DNA of 64,000 nt, taken from positions 124,001 through 188,000 of the forward strand of contig DF237048.1 of assembly GCA_000708835.1 (NCBI GenBank). Reading direction: 5' to 3'. Below the pieces are notes generated by a model. The model did not search any database. It saw nothing but the letters and a program-made list of their open reading frames with translations, and was not told where the DNA came from. Both the position numbers and the translations under genes were made by a program. Below, in pieces: positions 25,480 through 37,391 of this stretch (within the stretch, counting starts at the first letter, position 1; each line of letters begins with the position of its first letter). The stretch comes from Klebsormidium nitens. Its lineage: Eukaryota > Plantae > Klebsormidiophyceae.

Positions 25480-27330
25480 TACTGAACTTGTGAGACCCGG
25501 ATTCAGGAGGCTGTTCTAAAGGCATTCATACTGCCCAAAGGTGTGGGAAAAAACAGCCTAGACGGCTTGGCTCGAGGAACCTACGTTTTCTAGACTGGTA
25601 GAAGTAAGAATGTTCACTCATGCCACACACTTTTCACTAATCACCGCCGCACACATTATCCCAGATTGATGCAGAGTGACATGTGGGCCCATCGGATTGT
25701 CCAAGCAGCCCTTCGAACGTAACAGGCACCTGGGGAAGCTTGCGCGCATAACGAGAGATTCTGACGATTAGGCCAAACAAAAATTGATACCCAATATGAA
25801 GGTCACGAAAAAGACAAACGAAAGCGTATGATGCACGTGGCTCAAAGCGACGCACGTGGAATGGGCGGCCGCCGGTGTGCCCAGAAATGGCAGCTTCCTA
25901 GCCATAGCTCGGTAAGGTTCCAATCCTCAATTCCGCCTCGCTTCATTGTTAAAGACTGCCGCTGCGCCGGTCGATGCGGCCGTACTAAGTCGTTGCCAAT
26001 CATTGGCTGTTCTTTTACCTCGTAGTTTACAACAGACGGAGCCGGAAAAGCAACAAACAATGCACTTAAGACTGTGACAGATGACAATGTTTTTCAGAAA
26101 GCAATCGAAAGAAGCTAAAAACGAGGCCTCCCAATTCTGAGGACAACAGCGACTGACTGCCCACTCAAAAACGGTGAGTCGCGAAGGTGTCACGTCAAGA
26201 GACATGACCTAAAGAAACGACGTATGATAAAAACGTTCAGAACGCGGCAAACGCGTTCGCGGACTGCCGTCATGCACTTCGTGTCTCGCAAGCCGTACAG
26301 AAGGGCCTTTTCATTACTTACGTCAGCACGCGACACGTCACTTTCGCCGCTTGATTGCGGCGGTTTATCTCTGTACGTCAAGGCTGATCATAAAAATCCA
26401 CCCAAAAGTGGAGCATTGCGAAACAATGATCTTAATTCATTGCTTTGAAGGCTTGGTTGATATCTAAGACACCATTTGACTAAGCAAAATAGCTAGAACA
26501 GGCAATCATGCTTCATCGCTCGAGCTCAATCGAAATTGGTATCCATGCGAAGGGGTTCCACTGCTTCCTTTGAAATCTCCTCGTGCGAAATCTTCGTCAA
26601 CTGGCGAGCATCTTCGGCGGTTGAAGGACATAGAAATAAGCACGGCTCTTCAACAGGTATTTGAGCAAGGGCTCTGCGGACAAACCGCTCTCTCGGGCTG
26701 TCAAAGCACTGGGAAAGATGAAAGTCCTAGTTAGATTGCACCGGCCCTTCAAAACCAGGGCACGCCCAGTACGTGGACGCTCCAGTGCAAGCAGCTCCAC
26801 GTGTCGGCGCCAAGCTGGGTCCAGATTGACTTGGTCTTAAAGACCAAGTCAATCTGATTATAGGCCGTCAGCCAGCTAACAAATCCTGAGAGATGATAAG
26901 GGGAAGAGCGGCTCTGATCGAGACTTGGCACCTGATGTGGCGTTGCATGAGCGCCGGTGAACGTTCACAAGTTCAAATTATTGCCGCGCCGGTATCATAG
27001 ATCTGAATTCCTCGTTCTCTGGTGCCGACACTCGCAGGACTCGGACGGCCGACAGCAATTGATACGAGAACAATCTGAAAAGCAGTCGTTGTAGATCTAG
27101 ACCAACTGGCGGGACGGCGTAACCATGGCTCTGTGTCTGGGTGAGACAAGTGGATGAGCCTCCAAATGAAGACCCGTGGGTCCTCTTCATCGCCTTTCTA
27201 CTAAAACTGGCACAAGCGAATAATCAAATTTTTGAGTGCTCTGGAGACGTATTGGTTTGCCGTTTGTTTAAATGAAGGTCTTCACCAGCTTCAGCGGCTG
27301 TAATCGATGGTCGGATCGGAACCTTTCAAT
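25480..27330 (+). pseudogene. 3.7-kb unit, copy 2 (5' half only, with internal deletion)
   Basis: Anchors CAGCCTAGACGGCTTGGCTCGAGGAAC (~25555), AGAAACGACGTATG (~26213), TGGCGTTGCATGAGCGCCGG (~26938). Homology stops near 27330. Confidence 0.85.
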
Positions 27331-27379
27331 AGGGCAAAGCAAACAGCTAAGATTAATCAGATCGAGTAGTTCGAGCGAC

Positions 27380-30300
27380 GTGAGTACTGAACTTGTGAGA
27401 ACCAGTTTTGCAGAGGCTGTTTCAAAGGCGTTCATTCTGCAATTGGGGTGAAAAGAACAGCCTAGACGGCTTGGCTCGAGGAACGTGCGCAAATCTAGGC
27501 TGGTAAAGGGAACGAAGGAGATGTGTTTACTCCTGCCGCAGGCAATACTCAAGTTCACGACATGATTACCGCACATCACTGTGACCTGGTGGGCAGGTTA
27601 CTGGAATCTCGAAGCTGCTGCGGAGACTAATTGCGCGCGCAACAAGAGGACGCTGGCAGGAAAGATTCCATACCAATGTAAAGGTCAGGAAAAGTAGAAA
27701 CGAAATAGGTCACAAAACGGAAAAGCCGAACAAAGTATGCACGTGGCTCAGAGCAGCCGGAGACCTCAGAGACCTTGAGTGGGCGGCCGCCAATGTGCAT
27801 GCCCACAATATGGCAGCTTCCCAGCTATAGCTTGGTCAGATCCGATTATGATTCTCGGCCAAATTTTGAAGGACCTGCCGCCGCGCCGGAAGCGGCCGTA
27901 CTAAGTCGTTTCCAATAGTTACCTGTTCTTCCCCTGGTACTTATACAACAAACGGTGCCGCAAAAGCAACGAACAAGGAACTTAGTACTGTGCCAGATGA
28001 CAGAACTCTCAGACAGCAACCGGAAGAAGCTGGAAGAAAGAGGCTTCCCTGTTCCGAAGTTAACAAAGCCTGACTGCCCACCAATTCAAACGTGAGTCAA
28101 AAGGCGTCACGTCCAGAAACATGACCTACAGAAACGACGTATGTTCAGAGCGCGGGAAACCCGTTCGCGGACTGCCTCCATGCACTTCGTGTCTCGCAAG
28201 GCGTACAGGGGACCGACGTCTTTGCCGCTGATAGCACCCTACACGTTACTTTGGGCCGGTCAATTGCGGCAGGATCAATGCGCGAAGGCTGATACAAACC
28301 CACTCAACAGTGGAGCGATGAAAAACAGTAGTAATCGTTATTGCTTCGAAGGCTTCGGTCATGATATACACCATCATTGGCATATTTAGTAGAACCAGGC
28401 ATAGCTGAAATTGGCGATACTCTTGATCGCTCTGAAGGTGGCCCTCATACGTCAAAGTGTTTTGACCACTCCTATAAAAGTCCTCCTCCTGCGCAACGTT
28501 CTTCAATGGGCGAGCACTTTTGGCCGTTGACGGACATAAAAGTAAGATTCGGCTCGTCCAGATTGCGAGTCAACAAATTCTCTGCAAATAAACCGCCCTT
28601 CTAGGGCTGTCAAAGCTCTGGGAAAGACGAAAGTCCTGGTTAAATTGCACCCTTCAAAAAGAGCACCCCCAATATGTGGACGCCCTAGTGCGAGTTGCTC
28701 CACTTGTCACCGCCAACGTGGTCCATTTTTGAAGACAACCAAGTCAAGTGATTCTAGTCCTTCAGCCACACAATTTCTGGAGAATAAATGGGCGGAAAGC
28801 GGCTCCGACCGGGATGTGGAATACAACTATGGCGTTGCATGAGCGCCGGAGAAAATGGGTCACAAGTTCAAGTCATTGCCGCGCCGGCGAAACATCAACC
28901 TGGACTCTTCCATTCCTAGAGGTGGCATTTTCGGTAAGGCCGACAGCATCAGATCCAAAGGACGATCTGAAAAGCGTCAGTGTATAATATACCAACCAGT
29001 GAAAAGTGCACTAGGGTTCCAAGAAAACACCACCAAGAAGGTCCACTCGCAAAATTTACGTAGCCGGCGTCTGCTGGGAAGCCACAATGTGCTATATTTG
29101 ATCAATGGGCGACCTGTCCGGAACATCGAAGCTTAATAGCTGAATTAGATGGGTTAAAACCAGTACGAATCACCATACTTTGAAACGCACGAGATAAAGT
29201 CCCTTGCAAGTAAATCAAGCTGACGTGACTATGGCTCTGTGCTCGAGAGAGATGGATGAGCTTTTGAAGAGAGGCCACTGGGTTCTCGTCGATCATCGCC
29301 TTTGCAGAGAAACTGGCATAAGCAGATGAGCAATCGTCTGACCGCTCTCGATAAACCCTTCGTACAATATCGTTTTCAGATTAAGTACAAAAACAATGCC
29401 AAGATTGCTGGGGATCAGAGCTAGACGCGTAACCAGACCAACACAATCCTCTTGCTGCCACCCGTCAAGGAGACTGGGCAGCAATAGTGCCGGACTGTGG
29501 GTTTATGAAACAAATTTTCCACCTTCAGCGGCTTCAATTGCTGGACGGGAGAGAGAATTTTCAAGTACTCAAGAAGCCCCTGACAGCCTGGAACCACTGA
29601 GAACGTCAGTGGCACTTACTTGTACGACTGCATGCCCTCAGAAGCGCCGCCTTGGAACATGATTTTGAAGGCTATCCATTTACGTTAGCATGACGGTACG
29701 TATTGATTCTGCCAAAAGGTCAACGCGGTAGCCGATTTGACGGACCCAAATGAAACTCGAAGACAAGCGGCACCAGCTCCTTGACAAGAATGGAGGCAAT
29801 CTGAAGCTTTTGAAACCCTCATCAAAATCCTTCTCGAGAGAAAGCGCGAGCTGCGTGGATTCGTCATCGCCATCCAGGAGAGAAGACGTGAACGCGGAAA
29901 CGACTTGCAACGCGGTGTTCAAGTGCCATAATGTAACGGATCGAGAAAAAGCACGTCTCGGGCCGAGCCTTCGCGGATTCAGTTCGCCAGCATTAGCTAC
30001 GGTCGTGCTTCTGTCGGCCCTTGACCAATTTCAGAGCACACAGATCGCCCACATAATGCTGGCGAGAAGGAGAAGTCTGGCCGAAATGTCAGCAAACGCG
30101 CACCATTGAAGGGATGTGGGCGCCCAGGAGTGACATTAACAGGGGCTCGGGTCAAAGGGACTCATGTCCTAGGCAAGGTCAAGCGGGCCGGGGCGCAATT
30201 CACCAGCCGCGTCACCACCTTTCGACCGGACACTGGAGCTTTCAACTAGAGGTGCTGACCTAGAGTTTCTGGTAACGCAACTGAGATCGAAATTGTTTTG

Positions 30301-31040
30301 CAGATCAGACCGGGATTTGCAAAACCGAAAACTGGGGTGTTTGGCAGCGCCTTTGCGTCGAACGCCATTGTTCCGCCGGAGCCTGTACACATTCCACATC
30401 ATAGAGCAGCAAAAGCTACCCCGGGGATCTGGTCAATCAAACGCATCAGCGCTCTCATGTTTCTCTAAATGTTTTCCGAAAAGCTGGCCCGCCGTTGCCA
30501 TCACACAGCGCTTTTCTTTCAGCGCCATCGGTTCGAGTACGCTCAGCCGACCGACGTCGTCGTCTGAACGGCACGATTAAGCAGGAGAGGGATGACAGGA
30601 CTGACTCAAGCTCAATCTACGCACCGTCAGCTAGATCTCAACGAGCGATCTTGAACGAGAGATATGTGTAGATAAGCGCACGTACAGTAGTTTTGACGCG
30701 GGTAGTATGGCGGCCTCTGATCAGGCACGGGCCGTCGAGGAATACCTGCTTTGAGCCGTCTGCATGAAAGCTCAAGCATAACCTCGTCATTACCGCACTG
30801 ACATCAAGGGACCTCCTTAAGGTTGCGAGCTTTCCAAAGTCAGTATGAGCCTCTTTGAGGGGCACGTGACGAATCTGGATGCTACGCTCGGGCCACGGGC
30901 TCTGCACCCCCAGCATTACGTGTCCTTCAATAGAAGCTCGTACCTGTTGGACTCACGAAACAAGGGAAACGTGGCTAAAATAGTTGGACAGTTGAATAAG
31001 ATCACAATAAGGCGAGCATGCACGCCTTGCGGATTCCCTC
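27380..31040 (+). pseudogene. 3.7-kb unit, copy 3
   Basis: Same anchors at ~27460, ~27580, ~28130, ~28830, ~29641 and ~31013. Confidence 0.85.
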
Positions 31041-31069
31041 GCTGCATTTTCCACCGGAAGGTGAGTATT

Positions 31070-34000
31070 GAACTTGTGAAACCGGATTCAGACTGGCTGT
31101 TCCAAAGGCGTTATCTCTGCCAATGGTGTAAAATCAAACAGCCTAGACGGCTTTGCTCGAGGAACGTACGAGTCCTAGGATGGTAGAATGCTGAGAACGA
31201 AGGAAATTGTTTGCTCCTGCCGCACGCGTTACCCAAGTACTCGGCCGCACACATGATTACGACACATCACTATGACCTGGTGGGCAGGTTACTGGAATCT
31301 CGAGGCAGCCGCGAACGCTTGCGTGCGCAACAAGACGACTCTGACTGCTAGATCGAGGAAAGATTGCATACCATTGTGAAGGTCACGAAAAGTAGAAACG
31401 AAATAGATTACAAAAAGGAAAGCCAAATAGAGGATGCACGTGGCTCAGAGCGGGAGACCTGGATTGGGCGGCCCCCGATGTCCCCACCAAATGTCAGCTT
31501 CCTAGCCAAAACTTGGTATCGGTCGGACCTGCCGCCGCGCCGGAATGATGGGGCCGTACTACTGTAAGTCGTTCGTTTCCACTAGTTGGCTGTTCTTTTG
31601 CCGGGTACTTCACGACAACGGAGCCGGAAAAGCACCGGACGAGGAACTCGATACTATGCCAACTTCAAATGACAGAGTTTTCAGACCGCAACCGCAAAAA
31701 GCTGGATTGAAGAGGCTTCCCGCTTTCGAAGAGGTTTCGTAGGTAACCCAAGCCTGACTGCCCACCACCGAAAAGGTGAAGTCAAAAGCCGTCACGTGAA
31801 GGACAGGACCTACAGAAACGACGTACAAGACAAACACGTTTAGAGCGCGGAAACGCGTGCTTGGACTGCACTTCGTGTCTCGCGCAAGGCGAATAGGGTG
31901 CCCTTTTCATCGCTGACAACACGCGACACGTCACTTTGGGCCGCTTAATTGCGGCATAAATTTTTTGTGAAGGCTGATACAAACCACTTAAGATTGGAGC
32001 CTTGCGAAACAGTAATCTTTGTTGTTCCGCAGACTTGGTTGACTAAACACTACATGACTAGGCATACCTAGAGTTGGCGATACTTGTATCCGCTCGAAAG
32101 TGGCTCTCATACGAAAGACGTCCAGCACGATTTTGAAAGCTCTCCTCATGCGAAACGTTCTATGATTGGCAATCACCCTCCCGCCATTGACTGACGGAAA
32201 GAGAACAAAGCGCCTCGCCAACTTTCAAGTCAGCAAGTTCTCTGCGGCGAGACCGCCCTCCTAGGGTGTCAAAGCACATGAAAGCACTTGAAAGCACTTG
32301 AAAGAATACATGAGAGTCCTAGTTAGATTGCACCCTTCAAACCAGAGCACACCCAGTACGTACGTGGACGTCATACTGCATGAAGGGAGCTAGCTCCACC
32401 TGTTACCGCCAACTTGGGTCCGATTTTGTAATGACCAAGTCGATGTGGTTTCAGTCCGTCAGCCAATACATCTTCAACAAATGAAAGGGCAGAGAGCGAA
32501 AAACCTGATGTGGCGTTGCCTTAGCGCCATTAAGATGTTCACGGGGTCAAGTCATTGCCCCGCCGGCAAAGATCAATTTGACTCCTCGACTCCTGGAGGA
32601 TGGCAACTCGTAGGAAGGCCAACAGCACCAGATCGAAGGACCATATGAAAAGCAGTCATGTCTGTTATGTAGATATGCACCAACCGGCGGATTGTAACGA
32701 AACTCAAGAAAAGCAACACACCAAGAAGGGTCCACTTGCAGGATGTAGCCGTCACGCCGTTTTCCAAAGCAGAGAGTTCTGTGTTTGACCACTCTGTAAC
32801 CTGTCGGAACGTCGCAGCTTCTTAAAACGAAGCAGCCTAGACAAATAGATAGGGAGAAACCGGTGCTGATCATCGTACTAATATACGCACGAGAGATGAC
32901 AAGGCCTTGCATGTAACTGACGTGACAATGGCTCTGTGCCCGAGACAGACAGACCTATGAGCTTCCAAAGGAAGGCCCGTGGGTCCTCGTCATCGCCTCT
33001 GTAAGAAAGTTGGCAGTAGCCCGTCAAGATTCTGACCGCTTGGATAAGATTGCCCTACGGTAATCATTCTAGAAGCACAGGAAACGTGCCAAGGAAGTAT
33101 GACAAAATAATTTGGGTCACTAGGCCAACAAAAGTGCTTTCCTGCCACCCGTTAAAAACATGGGCAGCAGTGGACTGTAACCACTTACCAAGAACTTTAC
33201 CGTTAACAGCTTCTATTACTGGACGGAAGAGAGCATTTGCAAGTATTAAATCTGACAACGAGAACCGATCAAACGTTCATGGTTCTCGTTATGCCTGCAT
33301 GGCCTCGGAAGCGCGGCTTTGGAACGTAAGCTGAAGGCTATTCGTATACGTTAGCATGACGCTACGTCGTTGTGTTGATTCTGCCAAAAGGTCAACGCGG
33401 CAGCCGATCTTACAGCCTCAAAGGAAACCCGAAGACGAGTAACATCATCTCCTTGACTGGAGTGGAGGCAAACTGAGGCTTCGGAGTCACTCATCGATAT
33501 CTTTCGCAACAAGAAAGCGCGAGCAGCGTGGTCTCGTCATTGCCATCCTGGAGAGAAGACGTGTGCGCGACAATGGGCTTGTAACGCGTATTCAAGCGAC
33601 AGTACGAAACAGATCGAAGGAATACACGATTCGGGCCGGGCCTTAATGGCACAATCAGTCCATAGGCCTGAGCAAGTTGAAAGTCAGGGTCGTATAACCG
33701 ACGGGCCCTGACCAGCCCAAAATCTGCTCACACAATGACCGCCGGATGTACTGCTGGCGAGAAGAAGAAGTTCAGCGAATGCGCACCAGCAAAGGGAAAC
33801 GGGCACCCAAAAGTGATCACATCAGAAGGTGCACGGATCAAAGGGAGATACGTCCTGGTCAGGTTAAGCCGCCCGTCGAGACGCAAACGCAGCCTCGTCA
33901 CCATCTTTCGACCGGACACTGGAGCTTGCAAAAGGTGCTGAGATTCTGGTAAGACAAGATTGAAAAATCGTGGCGGATAGACCAGGGTTCGACCAAGGAT

Positions 34001-34700
34001 CTGGGTGGTTCCAGCCTTGCGTCAAGAATTTTTGATCCGCAGACCCTGTACACATTTGAAAGGCAGCAAAAGTTACCCCGGATTACTGCTTGATGCATCA
34101 AACGCTGTCATGTTGCTCGGTGAGTTTTCTGAAAGCGGGCCTTCCAGTTTAATCACAAAAGGTTCTCGATCTTTCCAGCTCAACTGGTAATTTGAGCACG
34201 CTCGGTCGTCATTGTCGTCTGAACTGCACGGTGAAGCCCGAGAGGAAGAACCGGACTGACTCAAGTTCACTCTACTTACCGTCGGCCTGATTTCAACGAG
34301 CGAGCTTGAACTAGAAACATGTGTACATATGTCCGACGCGGCTAGTATGGCGGCATCTGATCTTGCACACGCTGGAATCCGTGCTTGAGCCTTCTCCATG
34401 AAGAGCTCGAGCATAACCTCGTCATCACCGCATCAACTTCAACGTCAGAATTATTAAAAGCCTCGGTCTCTCCACTACCGCTTCCCTCCCTTTTACAAAG
34501 AAGGTAGTATGAGCCACTGTGAGGTGCATGTGGTGAACGTGCATGCGGGGCTCTGCACGCCCACCAATCAAATCTGTCCTTCAACATTAAAGGGTTTACT
34601 GTTGGACTGAAACAAGGGTAACGCGACTACGAATCCTCTGGACGTTTGAATATCGGATCATAATAAAGCGAGCATGCACGCCTCGCTGATTCCCTCAAAC
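31070..34700 (+). pseudogene. 3.7-kb unit, copy 4
   Basis: Same anchors at ~31140, ~31273, ~31813, ~33309 and ~34668. Homology ends at GATTCCCTC (~34698). Contains a copy-specific 10-bp expansion (AAAGCAC(A/T)TG x3, 32271-32304). Confidence 0.85.
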
Positions 34701-37391
34701 GCAGTCTCCGCTCGATAAGCAAATGGCAAATGAGACGCCCGTCAGGCGGTTGTATATCGAGATTAACCCTCTTAGTGGTCCTTGGAAAGTGACAGCACGT
34801 GGGCGTTCCATGGTTTCAAATAAACTAGGCTACTCACAGACGTGCATGCAAGTAAATGAAAGAATATTTTAGCGCACTTCTTCATATCCAATTATCTTCG
34901 GAACGTCTTATATGAAGACGTATATGAGCACTTAAAGTGTTGACAACCACGCTCCTTGGACCCGACCTAGCTATAGCGCGGCGAAATCATGCGGTGAAGC
35001 AAGGCTTCACATCTGACCAAAAAATTGTTGACACCGTCGGGTGAATGTCAATCGAGTTAGAAAAGATTATCGAACGTATGACCTCGAGCCCAAACACAAA
35101 AGAAGAAGAAATACTTTCCTAAATTAACTGTAAACTGATCAAAACTTTGAAAACGCGGCGCTCCTGCCTTCCATGGCAGTGCTGCCAAGATTTTGGGACA
35201 TACTTACTAAAACGGAAATACGAGCACCATGCATTTTGAAAAACAGTCTTTCTATGATTAACTTCGATATCCTTGTTAAAGGGCATCTTTCAGCCTGCCA
35301 TAGTTCAACTTATATCGATATGTATTTTCCAAGAATCCTATCGATCCAGAATTTCGAAAAGATTTGATTGTAGATAGTAGGCGCTCAGTCAAACAAATCT
35401 CTTCATTCAGAGCCCATGTCCGTTTTCATCGTGACCAAATTTGCGAGAGCGAGTGCGAATGGAGCCCTTCTAGAGCGGCCAGAAATCGAAACGGGACTTC
35501 GAAGTAAAGGAGCTCCAGATGATCAAATAGTCTTCCCACTTGTGCATGAAGATCACCGTAAAACGGGAGGCCGGTATCGCGCTTCTACCCGACTGAGCGT
35601 CATTGGTCAGCAGATGAACCAATTCAACATGCAAGAAAATCTTCAAAGACGCCTCACTAGGAAGCGCAGCATGAGCTGACCGTCAGCTAACTCATGCTTC
35701 AAGTCTCGGACTTGAAGCCGGCAGGCACTCAATGTGCGAAGTCTGAGACGGTCCAGACGATCTGAAGAGCAGCTCTAGCAGGATTGCAACTTTGAGGGGA
35801 AACGTCTACAGACATTAGCCTGAGCATGTATTGTTATATTAGATCAAGCGTTGGCGGGCACACCGACATGGCAGCGGCTCTGATACCATCTCAATCAACT
35901 CCTTGGATCTCGTCGGGGAAGCCAAGCAAAGTCCTTTCATTGCCTTTGTCCCACGGATGGTAAGGACGAAGTCACGTGTTTCCTGTTTTGGCATGCGCGA
36001 ACTGACTCTTTTAAGGAGCTGACCATTGGATAGTCCAGGCTCCACGAGCTGGCGGGGCCGATATTACGGCTGTGCTCAGCCATATTCTCACCGCCGCTAA
36101 CACAAACGGCTCGCCCGAGAGAGGATAAGCTGCCAGACTGATGATACCCAACACTGCAGACGTCGGAGGGCGCATTTTCACTTACAGACGTTATATAAAG
36201 CCTTTCGTGAACATCTACACATACGAGTGACGAAAAAAGAATGATGCAATTTATGTGGCAGCACTATAGGAGTAAATGCCGTCAGCACCAAGACGCAGTC
36301 AAAAACAGTAAGCGTTTACTCATCGTGAGACCAACCGACAAACAAGATTACGTCAGCACAGTGGCAAGGCGGAGACCGCACTCTTTCGTGTTTGAGAAGC
36401 ACTGGCAAGTAACCGCGAGCAGCGAATGCAGCCCTCTCACCAGGCAAGCCGCAAGCACTGCTTTGCTTGCTCTTGTTCAAAGCACTAAAGCAACTTCGTC
36501 TCTCCGACTGCTTCTCTGACGTCAGGTGGTGGTATCTAGGTTATATGGCAGGCCATGATTGAAAAGTAAACGAAGAGAGCGTAGATCGACTGAAACCGGT
36601 CTCGCCAATTTGCCATGGCGTCCGGAAAGCCAGCACGCCGACATTAAGAGAGCTGGTCTGGACAAAATTGTACCGAGGTGCGCGCCAAAAAAAGAAAAGC
36701 GAGCATTTTGATACACTATGCGAGCAACGGGGTCACCAGACAACTGTCGAAAGAAGACGACTCCCTGGCACTTAGGAATAGCCAGTAGACGTATGGCATC
36801 ACGAGTGCTTCATCCATTATCCTGATGACGACTAGTATGTGTCATTAGGGCACTCGATCACCGCCTTGATCCGTTGTTTTGGAGGAGATGTTCGTGACAA
36901 TCCGCTACCATACTTCGGATGAACAATGCTCACTTTTCCTGGTATAGCCGGCGCAACAGAATGCCCAACTGCAAACCAAACTGGTTCCGTTCAGACCTCA
37001 ACGACAACGCCTCTTCACAACCTACTGAAACAGAGCTTTCCAACACTGGTCCAGATCCGCAAGGAAGATTCGTTGCTCATCCTGGCCCGCTTATGACAAT
37101 TGCTTGGGACAGGAATGTAAAAAGCTGGGCACACACACTCTGAAGTCGTGAAACGCGCAAGCCAGCATTTGAGCGCAAAAGCACGACCAACAGCCCTCAG
37201 CGATGATCAAGCGGAAGCGGGAATACACCACCAGAAAAGTGCACACCACTTGTTTGAAAGTGTACAGTGTGGCCCAAAAACCGTGTCTCATCATTGATCA
37301 CGCTAGATGACTTTGTGATTGCAAATACAATGTGTAGAGAGCGCCCAAACTCGCTGTGACCCAATTGCAGCCTGAAGCAGAATCCGAACAT

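Noticed and set aside
22700-31985. A third shared in-frame TGA (EG*YKP) in all four array copies
   Set aside because: The neighbouring frame (KADTNPLKSGALRN) is continuous and better supported by synonymous changes, so this TGA is probably out of frame.
21780-34700. CRISPR-like or other repeat-spacer array
   Set aside because: The repeats are kilobase-scale degenerate paralogues, not short identical repeats with unique spacers, and there are no cas-like ORFs.
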